A DNA stretch of 64,000 nucleotides from an uncultured Gemmatimonadaceae bacterium (GCA_963761305.1 CAVXGK010000002.1:544001-608000); one strand, 5' to 3'. Counted from the stretch's first letter, positions 19,999-31,588 are shown. The notes: generated by a model from the sequence alone, not told the origin. Numbers and translations: made by a program.

Positions 19999-20294
19999 GC
20001 GCCAAGAAAAACACGACACGCGTCACGATCCTCAACGAGGAGTACGCGATCCGCACCGACACGGCGCCCGAGCACGCGCACGCGGTCGCCGAATACCTCG
20101 ACTCGGCAATCCGCCGGATTCTGGGCAGCGGCGCCGTCGTCGAGTCGAACCGCGCCATCGTGCTCGCCGCGCTCCAGGTCACCGGCGAATTGTTCGACGC
20201 GCGCGCTTCACTCGACGCGACGAATCAGTCGATCACGGATTTGAGCGAATTCGTGCGGCCGCTGCTTCCGCCGGCGAAACGCGCGCACGGTTAG
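19995..20294 (+). CDS. zapA: Cell division protein ZapA
   Basis: VTILNEEY...VAEYLD...IVLAAL pattern; located after pheT. Confidence 0.85.
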   Translation: MSAKKNTTRVTILNEEYAIRTDTAPEHAHAVAEYLDSAIRRILGSGAVVESNRAIVLAALQVTGELFDARASLDATNQSITDLSEFVRPLLPPAKRAHG

Positions 20295-20323
20295 ACGCCG
20301 GTGGCACGGCGGGCGCGGCTTCA

Positions 20324-20352
20324 TTGCCTTTTGCTGCGAGAACCCATAGCTT
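20324..20352 (+). promoter_or_regulatory. Sigma70-type promoter
   Basis: TTGCCT-17 bp-TAGCTT. Confidence 0.65.
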
Positions 20353-20359
20353 AGCGCTC

Positions 20360-20490
20360 ACAAGCCGAGCTGGCCCGTAGGTCCAAGCGCGCTCTGTGTT
20401 TAGCGGAGCCCACGTGATGCCCTTCGTCGGTATCGCGCCGGATTCGCCGCCTCACGGCAAGAGTGCGCTGGCGGGACAGCCGTGGTTTTA
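20360..20490 (+). ncRNA. Rod-like structured RNA at the zapA-rny junction (candidate 6S RNA or rny leader)
   Basis: Nested pairings AAGCC/GGTTT, GCTG/CAGC, CCCG/CGGG, AGCGCGCTCT/AGAGTGCGCT and CGTGATGCC/GGTATCGCG; begins just after a promoter. Confidence 0.5.
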
Positions 20491-20531
20491 CCGCATCCGC
20501 GGACCACCCCGCGGTGGAGCATAGATTCCAT

Positions 20532-22115
20532 ATGAACGTGTACGCGATCATTGCCGCGCTTGGCACTCTCCTCGTTGCCGCGCCGGCTTTTTTCATTTCT
20601 GGCCGGTCGCGAGGCCGCGGCGCGGAGCGCCAACGCCAAGCCGACGCGAAGGCCACTGCCGAGGAGACCTCGAAACGCATCGTCGGCGAGGCTGAACGAG
20701 ACGCGGACAACCTCCGAAAAACCGCCGTCGTCACCGGCAAGGAAGAAGTGATCCGCCTTCGCGAGAGCTTCGAGAAGGAGGTTCGCGGGCGCCGGGAGGA
20801 GGTCGAGCGCGAAGAGCGGCGCGTGTCGGAGCGTGACACCGTGCTCGACCGCAAGTTCGATCTGCTCGAGCAGCGGGACAAAGAGCTGGGCAAGCGCGCC
20901 AGCGATTTCGGTCGACGAGAAAAATCCGTCGCCGAGCGCGAGCAGGAACTGGAGAAGATGGTCGGCGAGGAGCGCCGCCGTCTGGAGCAGATGGCCGGCA
21001 TGTCCGCGCAGGACGCCAAGAACGAGCTGCTGCGGCGGATGGAGGAAGAGGCGCAGGCCGACGCCGCCAACCGGATTCGCGAGATCCGCGAAAGCGCCAA
21101 GCGAAACGCCGAGCGCGAGGCGAAGAAGATCGTCGCCCTCGCCATCCAGCGCATCGCCGCCGACCACACAGCGGAAACGACCGTCTCGGCCGTTTCACTG
21201 CCGAACGACGAGATGAAGGGGCGGATCATCGGCCGCGAAGGGCGAAACATCCGGGCGTTCGAGTTGGCCACGGGTGTCGACGTGATCATCGACGATACGC
21301 CGGACACCGTCGTGGTGTCCTGTTTCGATCCCGTCCGCCGCGAGATCGCGAGGCTGGCTCTCGAAAAGCTCGTGTCCGACGGCCGAATTCATCCGGGCCG
21401 GATCGAGGAAGTCGTCAACAAGTCGCGCAAGGAAGTCGACACGCAGATCACGGAAACGGGCGAGCAGGCGGCCTACGATTCCGGCGTGCACGGACTTCAT
21501 CCCGAGCTGGTGAAGCTCGTTGGACGTATGCGCTGGCGAACGAGTTACGGGCAGAACATCCTGCAACACTCGAAGGAAGTCGCGTGGCTCGCCGGCATCA
21601 TGGCCACCGAGCTCGGCCTCGACATCAGCATGGCGCGGCGCGGCGCACTACTGCACGACGTCGGCAAGGTTCTGACGCACGAACACGAAGGCACGCACGT
21701 CCAGCTTGGGGTCGAGGTCGCGACGAAGTACGGCGAGCATCCGCTGGTCGTGAACTGCATCGCGGCGCATCACGACGACGTCCCGCACGAGAGCGAGATC
21801 TCGGTGCTCGTGCAGGCGGCCGACGCGATCTCCGGGTCACGGCCGGGCGCGCGGCGCGAGGCGTTCGAGACGTATGTCAAGCGACTCGAGGGTCTCGAGC
21901 GTATCGCCTCCAGCTACAAGGGCGTCGAGAAGGTCTTCGCCATCCAGGCGGGGCGAGAAGTTCGTGTCATCGTGCTGCCGGACGACGTGGATGACGCGCG
22001 CATGACGACGATGTCCGAAGAGATCGCGCGGCGCATCGAAGCCGAGTTGCAGTACCCGGGACAGATCAAGGTCGTGTTGATTCGCGAAACGAGGGCCGTG
22101 GACTTTGCACGCTGA
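20532..22115 (+). CDS. rny: Ribonuclease Y
   Basis: N-terminal TM, coiled coil, KH domain ([12 protein letters not shown]), HD domain (LLHDVGK), SRPGARRE. Confidence 0.97.
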   Translation: MNVYAIIAALGTLLVAAPAFFISGRSRGRGAERQRQADAKATAEETSKRIVGEAERDADNLRKTAVVTGKEEVIRLRESFEKEVRGRREEVEREERRVSERDTVLDRKFDLLEQRDKELGKRASDFGRREKSVAEREQELEKMVGEERRRLEQMAGMSAQDAKNELLRRMEEEAQADAANRIREIRESAKRNAEREAKKIVALAIQRIAADHTAETTVSAVSLPNDEMKGRIIGREGRNIRAFELATGVDVIIDDTPDTVVVSCFDPVRREIARLALEKLVSDGRIHPGRIEEVVNKSRKEVDTQITETGEQAAYDSGVHGLHPELVKLVGRMRWRTSYGQNILQHSKEVAWLAGIMATELGLDISMARRGALLHDVGKVLTHEHEGTHVQLGVEVATKYGEHPLVVNCIAAHHDDVPHESEISVLVQAADAISGSRPGARREAFETYVKRLEGLERIASSYKGVEKVFAIQAGREVRVIVLPDDVDDARMTTMSEEIARRIEAELQYPGQIKVVLIRETRAVDFAR

Positions 22116-22134
22116 ACCAGCGGTCGCTTCGGCG

Positions 22135-23031
22135 ATGGACAACAAGCTCGACAACAAACTCATCGACGGCGCGGCCCTCGCCGCCAAGATGCAGGCGGAG
22201 GTGGCCGTCCGCGTCGCCGCGCTGCGCGCAAAGGGCGTGACGCCCGGCCTCACCGTCGTTCTCATCGGCGACGATCCGGCGAGCGCCGTGTATGTCGGCG
22301 CCAAGGAACGCACGTGCAACGAGCTTGGAATGCGCGGCGAGACGATTCGCCTTCCGGCGTCGACGAGCCAGTCCGAGCTCGTGGCGATCGTCGATCGGTT
22401 GAACGCCGATCCCGCGGTGCACGGAATCCTCGTCCAGATGCCGTTGCCCAAGGGCATCGACCCCGACGAGATCGTGCGCCGAATTCGCCCCGACAAGGAC
22501 GTCGACGGCTTTCATCCCGTGAACGTGGGCAAGCTGTCGATCGGCGAGCGTGACGGATTCGCGCCGTGTACGCCCTCCGGCGTGTTGTACATGTTGCAGT
22601 CGTACGGTGTGAAGACGGCCGGCGCGGAATGCGTGATCATCGGCCGGAGCAACATCGTCGGCAAACCGATGGTGGCGCTGATGGTTCAGCCGGGCGTCGA
22701 CTCAACGGTCACGGTGTGCCACAGCCGCACGCGGGATCTCGCGGCCCACACGCGCGAGGCGGACATTCTCATCGTCGCGGCGGGTCGGGCCGAGATGGTC
22801 ACCGGCGACATGGTGAAGCCGGGGGCCGTGGTGATCGACGTCGGCGTGAATCGAATTCCCGACGCCACCAAGAAGTCGGGCACGCGGCTCGTCGGCGACG
22901 TGGCGTTCGAGTCGGCGCGCGAAGTCGCGTCGCTCATCACGCCGGTGCCGGGCGGGGTCGGGAAGATGACGATCGCGATGCTGATGTCGAACACGGTGAA
23001 AGCCGCTGAGCAGTTGGGAGCGACGGGATGA
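22135..23031 (+). CDS. folD: Bifunctional methylene-THF dehydrogenase/cyclohydrolase
   Basis: [29 protein letters not shown]. Confidence 0.96.
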   Translation: MDNKLDNKLIDGAALAAKMQAEVAVRVAALRAKGVTPGLTVVLIGDDPASAVYVGAKERTCNELGMRGETIRLPASTSQSELVAIVDRLNADPAVHGILVQMPLPKGIDPDEIVRRIRPDKDVDGFHPVNVGKLSIGERDGFAPCTPSGVLYMLQSYGVKTAGAECVIIGRSNIVGKPMVALMVQPGVDSTVTVCHSRTRDLAAHTREADILIVAAGRAEMVTGDMVKPGAVVIDVGVNRIPDATKKSGTRLVGDVAFESAREVASLITPVPGGVGKMTIAMLMSNTVKAAEQLGATG

Positions 23032-24320
23032 CTCCGCGGCGTCCCGCCCGCGGTGCCGAAGGCGAAGGCGGCGACCTCGATCTGTTTCCGGCGCCGCCCT
23101 CGGAGCCGCGCGAGCGCACACCATCGCCGGCGCCGTCGGTGCCCGCCGTCGCCGCCGCACCAGCTCGATATCCGGGCGAGACGGCGCAAAGCGCGATCAC
23201 GATCGGAACGCTAACTGAAACTGCTCGGGAGCTGTTGGAAGGCGCCTTCATACCGCTCTGGATTCGCGGCGAGGTCGGCGACTTCAAGGCCCACCGCAAC
23301 GGCCATTGGTACTTCACGCTGCGCGACCGGACGTCGCAGATCCGCGCCGTCGTGTGGAATCGCGACCAACGCCGAATCGCGGCGCCGCCCGATGACGGCA
23401 TGCAAGTCGTCGCGTTCGGCAGACCGACGGTTTACCCGGCGCGCGGAGAGCTGCAGTTCACCATCGTCAAGCTCGACGCCGAAGGCGACGGGCTGCGTCG
23501 CAAAGCGCTCGAGCGGACGCGCCAACGCCTCGAGGCCGACGGCTTGCTCGCACCCGAGCGCAAGCGACAGCTCCCACGATTTCCGCGCGTGATCGCGGTC
23601 GTCACCAGTCCCGACGGCGCGGCGCTGCACGACATCGTGGCCGTCGTGCGCCGGCGGCAGGCGGTCGTACGGTTGGTCGTCGTTCCCGCCGCGGTCCAAG
23701 GCGATTCGGCGCGCGTCGAGCTGTGCGCGGCGTTGCGACGCGTCTCCAACTGGGGCCGCGCCGACGTCGTCATCATTTCGCGCGGCGGCGGCGCGAAGGA
23801 GGACCTCTCCGTCTTCAACGACGAGAAGGTGGCGCGCGCCGTTGCGGCGTGTCCGGTGCCCATCATCTCCGCCGTCGGACACGAGATCGACGTCTGCATG
23901 TGCGACCTGGTCGCCGACGTTCGAGCGCCGACGCCAAGCGCCGCGGCCGAAGCCGCGACGCGCTCGCGCGCCGAGCTCGAAGCCGAACTGCGGCGCATCG
24001 GGACGCGACTCACGACCGGTGCGCAATCGGCGATGCGCGCGCGGCGCGATCGGCTGCGGCACACGGGGCGGGATCTGGCCGGTGCGGGTGAAGGCGTCGT
24101 CTCTGCGCACAAGAACGCGATTCGATCGGTGGCGGGCCGTCTCAACGCACTGAGTCCTCTCGCCACGCTCGCCCGCGGCTACGCGGTTCCGCGCGACCTC
24201 GCCGGCGCAACGCTCACGTCCGTCGATGCGTTCGCCGACGGTATGTCGTTCGACCTCGTCGTGCGCGATGGCGTCGTTCCGTCGGTCGTGCGCGGCTCGC
24301 CGATCGAGAAGCCGCAATGA
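23028..24320 (+). CDS. xseA: Exodeoxyribonuclease VII large subunit
   Basis: [38 protein letters not shown]. Confidence 0.95.
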   Translation: MTPRRPARGAEGEGGDLDLFPAPPSEPRERTPSPAPSVPAVAAAPARYPGETAQSAITIGTLTETARELLEGAFIPLWIRGEVGDFKAHRNGHWYFTLRDRTSQIRAVVWNRDQRRIAAPPDDGMQVVAFGRPTVYPARGELQFTIVKLDAEGDGLRRKALERTRQRLEADGLLAPERKRQLPRFPRVIAVVTSPDGAALHDIVAVVRRRQAVVRLVVVPAAVQGDSARVELCAALRRVSNWGRADVVIISRGGGAKEDLSVFNDEKVARAVAACPVPIISAVGHEIDVCMCDLVADVRAPTPSAAAEAATRSRAELEAELRRIGTRLTTGAQSAMRARRDRLRHTGRDLAGAGEGVVSAHKNAIRSVAGRLNALSPLATLARGYAVPRDLAGATLTSVDAFADGMSFDLVVRDGVVPSVVRGSPIEKPQ

Positions 24321-24529
24321 CGTTCGAAAAACGTCTGGCGCGGCTCGAAGCGATCGTGGCGCAACTCGAACGCGAGGGCGTCGATCTGGCGCAGGCGTTG
24401 GCGCTGTTCGAAGAGGGCGTCGAGCATCTGCGTGCCGCCACCGCGGATCTCGCCAACGCCGAAGCGACCGTGCACCGGCTCGTGGAGCGCGCCGATGGGA
24501 CGTTCGATGTCGTCGATCGGCGTGAGTGA
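24317..24529 (+). CDS. xseB: Exodeoxyribonuclease VII small subunit
   Basis: [13 protein letters not shown]...FEEGV. Confidence 0.93.
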   Translation: MTFEKRLARLEAIVAQLEREGVDLAQALALFEEGVEHLRAATADLANAEATVHRLVERADGTFDVVDRRE

Positions 24530-25424
24530 GCGGCCCCCCGCGGTGGTCGACTGGGCGCCGCAACGCTCGGCGATAGACCGCGAGCTGGCCGACCTGTGCG
24601 ACCGCTTCGCCGGAGAGCTTGGCCCGCGACTCGCCGAGACCGTACGATACGCGCTGCTCGGCGGCGGAAAACGGCTGCGCGGTCTGTTACTCGTCGCCGC
24701 GTATAAGAGCGCCGGTGGGACGAAAGACGCCGCGGCACTCGCGGCGAGTGTGGAAGTCGTCCACGCCTACTCGCTCATTCACGACGACCTGCCGTGCATG
24801 GACGACGACGACATCCGTCGCGGACGTCCGACGGCACACAAGGCGTTCGGCGTGCGCACGGCGACGGTGGCCGGCGTGGCGATGGTTCCCGTCGCCGCGC
24901 TCACCGCATTCCGTGCGGCCGGCGACCTCGGGCTGTCCGAGAGCGAGCGCGCAGCGATCACGCAGGAATTGATGCGTGCGTCGGGTGCCGGTGGAATGAT
25001 CGGCGGGCAACTGCTCGACCTCGACGCCGAGGGAAGCGATCCGACGTTGGCGGACCTCGAGCGCATACACCGCGCAAAGACCGGCGCGCTCATTCGCGCG
25101 TCGGTCGTCATTGGCGGGCTGGCGGCGCACGCATCGCCGGCGAAACTCGCGGCGCTCGCCGAATACGGCGAGTCGATCGGCCTGGCGTTCCAGATCGCCG
25201 ACGACGTGCTCGACGTCACGGCGACGACCGACCGCCTCGGGAAGACGGCGGGACGCGACCTCGATCTGTCAAAAGGGACCTATCCGCGCATGCTCGGCGT
25301 CGCGGGGGCCGAGCGGCGGGCGGTGGAGCTCGTCGCGCAGGCATGCGACGCCCTCCGGCGCGAAAACCTGCTCACCGACGAGCTCGAAGCCTTGGCGCGC
25401 TTTGCGGTCGAGCGCGCTTCGTAG
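24522..25424 (+). CDS. ispA: Polyprenyl (farnesyl) diphosphate synthase
   Basis: GGKRLR, SLIHDDLPCMDDD, GQLLD, KTGAL, FQIADD. Confidence 0.92.
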   Translation: MSERPPAVVDWAPQRSAIDRELADLCDRFAGELGPRLAETVRYALLGGGKRLRGLLLVAAYKSAGGTKDAAALAASVEVVHAYSLIHDDLPCMDDDDIRRGRPTAHKAFGVRTATVAGVAMVPVAALTAFRAAGDLGLSESERAAITQELMRASGAGGMIGGQLLDLDAEGSDPTLADLERIHRAKTGALIRASVVIGGLAAHASPAKLAALAEYGESIGLAFQIADDVLDVTATTDRLGKTAGRDLDLSKGTYPRMLGVAGAERRAVELVAQACDALRRENLLTDELEALARFAVERAS

Positions 25425-25463
25425 CCCGTCGCTAATTTTGAGAGCGACAATGCTCACTCACCC

Positions 25464-27359
25464 ATGAGCGTCCTCGACCGCGTCGCATCGCCCGCGGATG
25501 TTCGCAGCATGAGCCGCGACGAGCTGCGCCACTTGGCCGACGACGTGCGCGCGCGCCTCATCGACGTGTGCTCGCGAACGGGCGGCCATATCGGGGCGGG
25601 GCTCGGCGTCGTCGAGCTGACCATCGCGCTTCACTACGCGTTCGACACGCCGCGCGACCAGCTCGTGTGGGACGTCGGCCACCAGGGCTACCCGCACAAA
25701 CTGCTCACCGGACGCAACACGCGCATGGAGACGCTCAGGCAGGAGAACGGCGTCTCAGGGTTCCTCAAGCGCAGCGAGAGCGAGTACGACGCCTTCGGCG
25801 CCGGCCATGCGGCGACGTCCATCTCGGCCGCGCTCGGGATGGCGGTCGGACGCGACGTGAAAGGCGAGGACTTCAAGGTCGTCGCCATCGTCGGCGACGG
25901 CGCGCTCACGTCGGGGATGGCGTACGAAGGACTCAACAACGCCGGCCACTCGAGCCGTGACATCGTCGTCGTGCTCAACGACAACGAGATGTCGATCGCG
26001 CCCAACGTCGGCGCGATGTCCAAGTACCTGAATTCGATTCAGCGCAACTCGCTGTACAACCGCGTGCGGTCGGCGATCGGCGAGATCGTGGATCACGCGC
26101 CGGGGCCGCTCTCGTCCGTCGGTACGATCGTCCGCAAATGGGAAGAGAGCGTCAAGACGTTCCTCACGCCCGGCGTGCTGTTCGAGGAGCTCGGGTTTCG
26201 CTACTTCGGTCCGATCGATGGACACGACATCGGCGCGATGATCGACACGTTCGCCGCCGTGCGTGCCATGAAAGGCCCGCGACTGGTGCACGTCCTCACG
26301 CAGAAGGGAAAGGGGTTTCCGGCCGGCGAGCGAAGCGTCGAGAAGTGGCACGCGTTGCCGCCGGGACACGATCCGGCGACGGGCGCGCAGCGCAAGCAAT
26401 CGACGTCGAATCCGAACTACACCAAGGTTTTCGGCGCGGGGCTCGTCGAGCTGGCGAATCACGACAAGACAGTCGTTGCGATCACCGCGGCGATGCCGAG
26501 CGGCACCGGGACCGACGCGTTCGCGAAGGCCCATCCCGACCGGTTCTTCGACGTCGGCATCGCCGAGGGACACGCAGTCACGTTCGCGGCGGGAATCGCG
26601 ACCCGCGGGGTGCGGCCGGTCGTCGCCATTTACTCGACCTTCCTCCAGCGCGCCTACGACAGCATCGTGCACGACGTCGCGATCCAGTCGCTGCCGGTGA
26701 TCTTCTGCATGGACCGCGCGGGGCTGGTCGGCGAAGACGGCGAGACGCACATGGGGCTGTACGACATTGCCTATCTGCTCGCCGTGCCAGGAATGACCGT
26801 CACGGCGCCGGCCGACGCCACGGAGATGCTCCGCCTCCTCGCCAGCGCGGTGCAGCACCGCGACGGCCCATTTTCGATTCGCTATCCGCGCGACAACGCG
26901 CCCGACGTTCCGGCGACGACGGCCGTGCTCGATCCCGTACCGTACGCGACGTGGGACGTGCCGCGCCGCGGCAGCGACTTCGCGATCTTCGCCGTCGGCA
27001 CGATGGTGCGGCCGTCGCTCGAGGCGGCGAACTCGCTCGCCGCGGAAGGGATCAACGTGAGCGTCGTGAACTGCCGCTTTCTCAAGCCGTACGACGAAGT
27101 CACGCTCGCGGCAATTCTCGCCGACCATCGCCACATCCTGGTCGTCGAGGAGGGCACGATGGTGAACGGTTTCGGCGCGTTCATCTCGTCGGTCATCGCG
27201 CGGCACGACGCGAGCGTTCGCGTGTCGGTGCACGGTGTGCCGGACCGGGTGATCCAAGCCGCGCCGCGTGCGCGACAGCTCGCCGCGTGCGGGCTCGACG
27301 CCGCCGGAATCGCCGAACGCGTTCGCGCGCTGCACGAAAGCGAGGCACTGGCCGGGTGA
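25464..27359 (+). CDS. dxs: 1-deoxy-D-xylulose-5-phosphate synthase
   Basis: WDVGHQ, GDGA...NDNEMSI, DVGIAEGHA, YSTFLQRAYD. Confidence 0.97.
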   Translation: MSVLDRVASPADVRSMSRDELRHLADDVRARLIDVCSRTGGHIGAGLGVVELTIALHYAFDTPRDQLVWDVGHQGYPHKLLTGRNTRMETLRQENGVSGFLKRSESEYDAFGAGHAATSISAALGMAVGRDVKGEDFKVVAIVGDGALTSGMAYEGLNNAGHSSRDIVVVLNDNEMSIAPNVGAMSKYLNSIQRNSLYNRVRSAIGEIVDHAPGPLSSVGTIVRKWEESVKTFLTPGVLFEELGFRYFGPIDGHDIGAMIDTFAAVRAMKGPRLVHVLTQKGKGFPAGERSVEKWHALPPGHDPATGAQRKQSTSNPNYTKVFGAGLVELANHDKTVVAITAAMPSGTGTDAFAKAHPDRFFDVGIAEGHAVTFAAGIATRGVRPVVAIYSTFLQRAYDSIVHDVAIQSLPVIFCMDRAGLVGEDGETHMGLYDIAYLLAVPGMTVTAPADATEMLRLLASAVQHRDGPFSIRYPRDNAPDVPATTAVLDPVPYATWDVPRRGSDFAIFAVGTMVRPSLEAANSLAAEGINVSVVNCRFLKPYDEVTLAAILADHRHILVVEEGTMVNGFGAFISSVIARHDASVRVSVHGVPDRVIQAAPRARQLAACGLDAAGIAERVRALHESEALAG

Positions 27360-28222
27360 TCCGACTCGGCGTCGTCGGACACCGCGGATACACCGGTCTG
27401 CCCTCGGTCCTCAGGACGCTCAGCGAGCTCGCGCCGGCGCTCGGGCTCGAGCTGTCGTACGAGGAAGAGCTTTACGAGGTCGCCGGCGGCAATCGTCTCG
27501 ACGATCCGTCGCGGCTCGACGCGCTGCTCACGCTCGGCGGCGACGGCACGCTGCTGCGCGGCGCCCGCATCATCGCGCCGCATCCGGTGCCGATCCTCGG
27601 CGTGAACCTCGGACGCCTCGGCTTCCTCACCTGCTGCAACGCCGACCAGCTCTCGAATGCGCTGATGCGGTTCGCGCGGCACGACTACGTGGCCGAGCCG
27701 CGCATGGCGCTGCGTGCGCGGGTGCTCGACGTGCACGGCGTGGAACGCGAGCGATGGATCGCGCTCAACGACGTCGTGCTGCACAAGGGCGGCTTCGCGC
27801 GCGTCGTCTCGATTCGCGTGTCGGCGAACGGCGAGGCGGTCGCGAGCTACGCGGCGGACGGCGTCGTGCTGTCCACGCCGACCGGATCGACCGCGTACAG
27901 TCTCTCGGCCGGTGGACCCGTCGTCTTCCCGACGCTCGAGACGATCGTCGTCACACCGGTGTCCGCGCACACGCTCGCGATCCGCACGGTGATCCTGCCG
28001 TCGAGCGCCGAAGTCACGCTCAACGCCGACGACGGTCCGGCCGAGCTGCTGGTGACGGTCGACGGCCAAGTCGGGACGACGTTCGCCAGCGGCGAGACGC
28101 TGAGCATTCGTCGCGCCGAGGGCGATGTGTTGATCATTCGCTTCCCGGGCTCGACGTTCTTCTCGACGCTGCGCCAGAAGCTGGGCTGGGGAGGGCTCGC
28201 CGAGCGAGATTCGGCGGGCTAA
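27356..28222 (+). CDS. nadK: NAD+ kinase
   Basis: LGGDGT, GRLGFL, LND, TPTGSTAYSLSAGGP. Confidence 0.95.
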   Translation: MIRLGVVGHRGYTGLPSVLRTLSELAPALGLELSYEEELYEVAGGNRLDDPSRLDALLTLGGDGTLLRGARIIAPHPVPILGVNLGRLGFLTCCNADQLSNALMRFARHDYVAEPRMALRARVLDVHGVERERWIALNDVVLHKGGFARVVSIRVSANGEAVASYAADGVVLSTPTGSTAYSLSAGGPVVFPTLETIVVTPVSAHTLAIRTVILPSSAEVTLNADDGPAELLVTVDGQVGTTFASGETLSIRRAEGDVLIIRFPGSTFFSTLRQKLGWGGLAERDSAG

Positions 28223-28232
28223 GGGAACGCGG

Positions 28233-29909
28233 ATGCTGAGCGAGCTGCGAATCCGGAATTTCGCGATTATCGAAGTGCTCGCGTTACCGCTCGCACCCGG
28301 CTTCAACGCGCTCACCGGCGAGACGGGAGCGGGGAAGTCGATCATCGTCGGAGCGCTCGGCCTTCTGCTCGGCGAGCGCGCCAACGCGGATGTGATCCGC
28401 AGCGGTGCGGACCGCGCGACGGTCGAGGGCACCTTCGACATCGCCGAACAGCCCGAGATCCGCGCGCTGCTCGACCGGCACGGAATCGACGTCGACGACT
28501 CGGTGGTCGTGCTCAAGCGCGAGGTCACCCCCGGGCGCGCGCGCGGCTGGATCAACGGCACGCCGGTCAACGCGGGAATCCTCGCCGAGGTCGGACGCGC
28601 GTTGGTCAACATCCACGGGCAGCACGAGGCCCAGACGCTGCTCGACGGCGAATCGCAGCGTCGGATCCTCGACGCATTTGCCGGCGCCGACGCCGATGCC
28701 GCGACGGTCGCGCGGGCGCACTCGGAGCTCAACTCCGTCGTCCGCGAGATCGCCGATCTCACCAAGCGCCGCGCCGACGCCGAGCGACGCGCCGACTATC
28801 TGCGACACGTCGTCCGCGAGATCGGCGACGCGAAGGTCAAAGAGGGCGAAGACGTACGGCTGGAAGACGAAGCGCGCCGGCTGGAGAATGCCGACGAGCT
28901 TCGCGCGCTCGCCGCCGGCCTCGCGTCGGCGCTCGACGGCGACGAAGACGCCGCCCTCCAGCGACTCGGCGCGATCTCCAAACAGCTGGCGTCGATTCAA
29001 CGGATCGATCCGTCGCTCGCGCGGATGCAAGAGATGTTCGACTCGGCCTTCTTCGCGATCGAGGCGCTGGCCCGTGAATTGTCGGACTATGAGTCGTCGG
29101 TGGAGCTCGATCCGGCTCGCCTCGAGGAAGTGCGGCGACGTCGCGACTTACTGTTCCGACTGACCAAGAAGTACGGCGGGTCGCTCGCCGAGGTGATCCG
29201 CACCGGCGCCGAGGCGCGCGCCGAGTTGGAGTTGGCGGATTCGGGCGGACTCGATCTGCGCGAGCTGGAGTCGCGGGAACGAGCGGCGCGCGTGGCGCTG
29301 GAGACCGGGGCTCGCGCGCTCACCAAGAAGAGGGAAACCGCCGCGAAGAAGCTCGCGCGCGCCGTCGACGAGGTGTTGCCGGACCTCGGGATGCCCGACG
29401 GTCATCTCACCGTGTCGCTGAATCGTCTGCCGCACATCGGCGAACACGGCGCCGAAGACGTCGAGTTTCGCGTCGCGCTGAACGTCGGCCACGAAGCCCG
29501 CGCACTCAGCCGCGTGGCATCGGGCGGCGAGCTGTCGCGCGTGATGCTCGCCCTCAAGACGATCCTCGCGCGCCTCGACCGCGTCCCAACGCTGGTGTTC
29601 GACGAAGTCGACGCCGGGATCGGCGGGCGGGTCGGACTACAGGTCGGCGACACGCTCCGCCGCGTGGCCGACGACCATCAGGTCTTCGCCATCACCCACC
29701 TCCCACAGATCGCGGCGCGGGCGCACCATCACATCGTCGTCAGCAAGGGCGCGAAGGGCGGCGTGACGACCGCCGATGTCGCGGTGGTCGCCGAGGACGA
29801 GCGGGTGATGGAGGTGGCGCGGATGCTCGGCGGGGATGCCGAGAGCGCGACGAGCCGGGCCCACGCGAGAGAATTGCTGGCGGCGGGGAAGCGCGAGCCG
29901 GTGGGCTGA
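28233..29909 (+). CDS. recN: DNA repair protein RecN
   Basis: TGETGAGKS, ASGGELSR, FDEVDAGIGG, ITHLPQIA. Confidence 0.97.
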   Translation: MLSELRIRNFAIIEVLALPLAPGFNALTGETGAGKSIIVGALGLLLGERANADVIRSGADRATVEGTFDIAEQPEIRALLDRHGIDVDDSVVVLKREVTPGRARGWINGTPVNAGILAEVGRALVNIHGQHEAQTLLDGESQRRILDAFAGADADAATVARAHSELNSVVREIADLTKRRADAERRADYLRHVVREIGDAKVKEGEDVRLEDEARRLENADELRALAAGLASALDGDEDAALQRLGAISKQLASIQRIDPSLARMQEMFDSAFFAIEALARELSDYESSVELDPARLEEVRRRRDLLFRLTKKYGGSLAEVIRTGAEARAELELADSGGLDLRELESRERAARVALETGARALTKKRETAAKKLARAVDEVLPDLGMPDGHLTVSLNRLPHIGEHGAEDVEFRVALNVGHEARALSRVASGGELSRVMLALKTILARLDRVPTLVFDEVDAGIGGRVGLQVGDTLRRVADDHQVFAITHLPQIAARAHHHIVVSKGAKGGVTTADVAVVAEDERVMEVARMLGGDAESATSRAHARELLAAGKREPVG

Positions 29910-29923
29910 CGGATCGCCCGGCG

Positions 29924-31588
29924 TTACCGCCCGACGAACACTCGCAGCGTGATCTGATCCCTGAACGTCTTGGGGATCGGCCCGCCCGTCCCGGTCAGCG
30001 TCTCGAGATGGCTGAACGACACCTCGAACGGCATCGTTCGCGGCACGGGATTGGCGATGCCGGTCGTCGAATATGAGAACCCAAATCCAAGCGCTTGCGT
30101 CGTCGCCGCGGCGTTGCCCAGCGGGAGATTGCTCGCCACGGTGGTGACCGGCACGTAGTTGTCCGCGCCGACGTTGGTGAGCATGTACTCGCCGTTCAGC
30201 ACGAAGTAGCCGGCGAATCGCCACCGCGGGAGGACGCTCAGCGACAGGACGTTGCCCGCCGAGTACGTGCCGGGGATGGCGGGCGTGAGGGGGAACAGCA
30301 GGCTCGCCGGCGTCGGAACGCGGGCGACGTCGATCGTGCCGAGCTGCGCCGTATACGATCCGAGCACCGTTGCCGACAGGTGGCCTCCGAACAGCACATC
30401 GGCCGCGCCGCCGACTTCGACGCCCGGCTGGCCGTAGCCCGTGCCGATATCGAACAGCAGGTTGCGGTTCGCCGGCTCGCCCGTCGCGAAGCGGTATTCA
30501 CCGTGAACGGAAACGCGCGCCTGCGGTCCGGTTTTCGTTGAATCGTGAAACGTGTTGAACAACTGCAGCGTCGCGCCGACCGACACGTCGCCGATGGACG
30601 ACCGGTCGACGAGCTGTAGCGAGTCGCGTCCGACGATTGCCAGCATTTGCTGCATCTCGTTTCGCGCGCCTGGACCGCCGGCGCCGGCGACGGTGCCCGA
30701 GATGACGGCCGACGGCAGGAACGTCTGATACTGCGTCACGAGGCCGTTGATGCGCGCCTCGATGGCGCTCTCGGTCGTGCTGCCGGCCAGCGGAACGAAG
30801 AGCTGGCCCGGATGCGACGGGTCGCCGCCGTAAAGCGTTTCGATCGCCGTGGCCGTCGTGCTCGTCGTCTGGATGAGCGCCGTCACGGCGGATGGGTCCG
30901 AGAGCAGCGACGAGCAATCCGACGTCGGATTCGTCTGACATTGCGTGAGCCGCGCCTGCAACGCGGTCGCCGCGGCGCGAAACGACGCCACGAGCTGCGC
31001 CTCGGACGAGCGGAGGTCCGGGTTGGTGAGTCCGGGATTCGGGCCGACGTTGGCCCCGAAACCGAACAGGCACGGCGGCGGAGTCGATGGTGCGTTTGCG
31101 GGCGGTTTCCCGCACAACTTCGGATTGAGCTGGCCGTAGGTCGTCGAGCGCGTTTCCACGAGCGGCACGACAGCGCCGATGGTGAGCCAGCGCGTGAGCC
31201 CGTACTGGAGGATCAGCGGCGCCGTGACGATTCGCGAATTGGCCGTCGAGACGAGATTCCCGGCCGAGAGGCGGAACGCCGGGTCGGCGGCCAGCGTGCG
31301 GATCGCGTTCTCCGACGGCACGAGCTGCGGCGCGACCGTCGTCGTCATCGAGTCGGCGTTGAAGCTATACGCGATGTTGCGCGGGCCCTGGCCGAGTCCG
31401 GGCGCCGTGCCGAACAGCTCGTCGTAGCGAGTCCACGACGTCAGGCCGCTGATCGAACCGACGCCGCGCGGCAGCACCGACGCGTCGACTTGCGGATTCG
31501 TAGTCGCCTGGGCGACGGACCGATGCGGAAGCAAGAACCCAAAGACGAGACCAACCGCACTCGATCGGATGAACTGACGAACCGTCAA
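29924..31588 (-). CDS. Hypothetical secreted / outer-membrane beta-barrel-like protein (start uncertain)
   Basis: Signal-peptide-like segment ending SVAQ, amphipathic beta-strands, C-terminal ITLRVF; strong coding frame. Confidence 0.7.
   Translation of the reverse strand: MTVRQFIRSSAVGLVFGFLLPHRSVAQATTNPQVDASVLPRGVGSISGLTSWTRYDELFGTAPGLGQGPRNIAYSFNADSMTTTVAPQLVPSENAIRTLAADPAFRLSAGNLVSTANSRIVTAPLILQYGLTRWLTIGAVVPLVETRSTTYGQLNPKLCGKPPANAPSTPPPCLFGFGANVGPNPGLTNPDLRSSEAQLVASFRAAATALQARLTQCQTNPTSDCSSLLSDPSAVTALIQTTSTTATAIETLYGGDPSHPGQLFVPLAGSTTESAIEARINGLVTQYQTFLPSAVISGTVAGAGGPGARNEMQQMLAIVGRDSLQLVDRSSIGDVSVGATLQLFNTFHDSTKTGPQARVSVHGEYRFATGEPANRNLLFDIGTGYGQPGVEVGGAADVLFGGHLSATVLGSYTAQLGTIDVARVPTPASLLFPLTPAIPGTYSAGNVLSLSVLPRWRFAGYFVLNGEYMLTNVGADNYVPVTTVASNLPLGNAAATTQALGFGFSYSTTGIANPVPRTMPFEVSFSHLETLTGTGGPIPKTFRDQITLRVFVGR

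Noticed and set aside
22138..22161. 12-bp tandem duplication at the folD start (DNKL x2)
   Set aside because: In-frame, in a variable N-terminus; probably neutral
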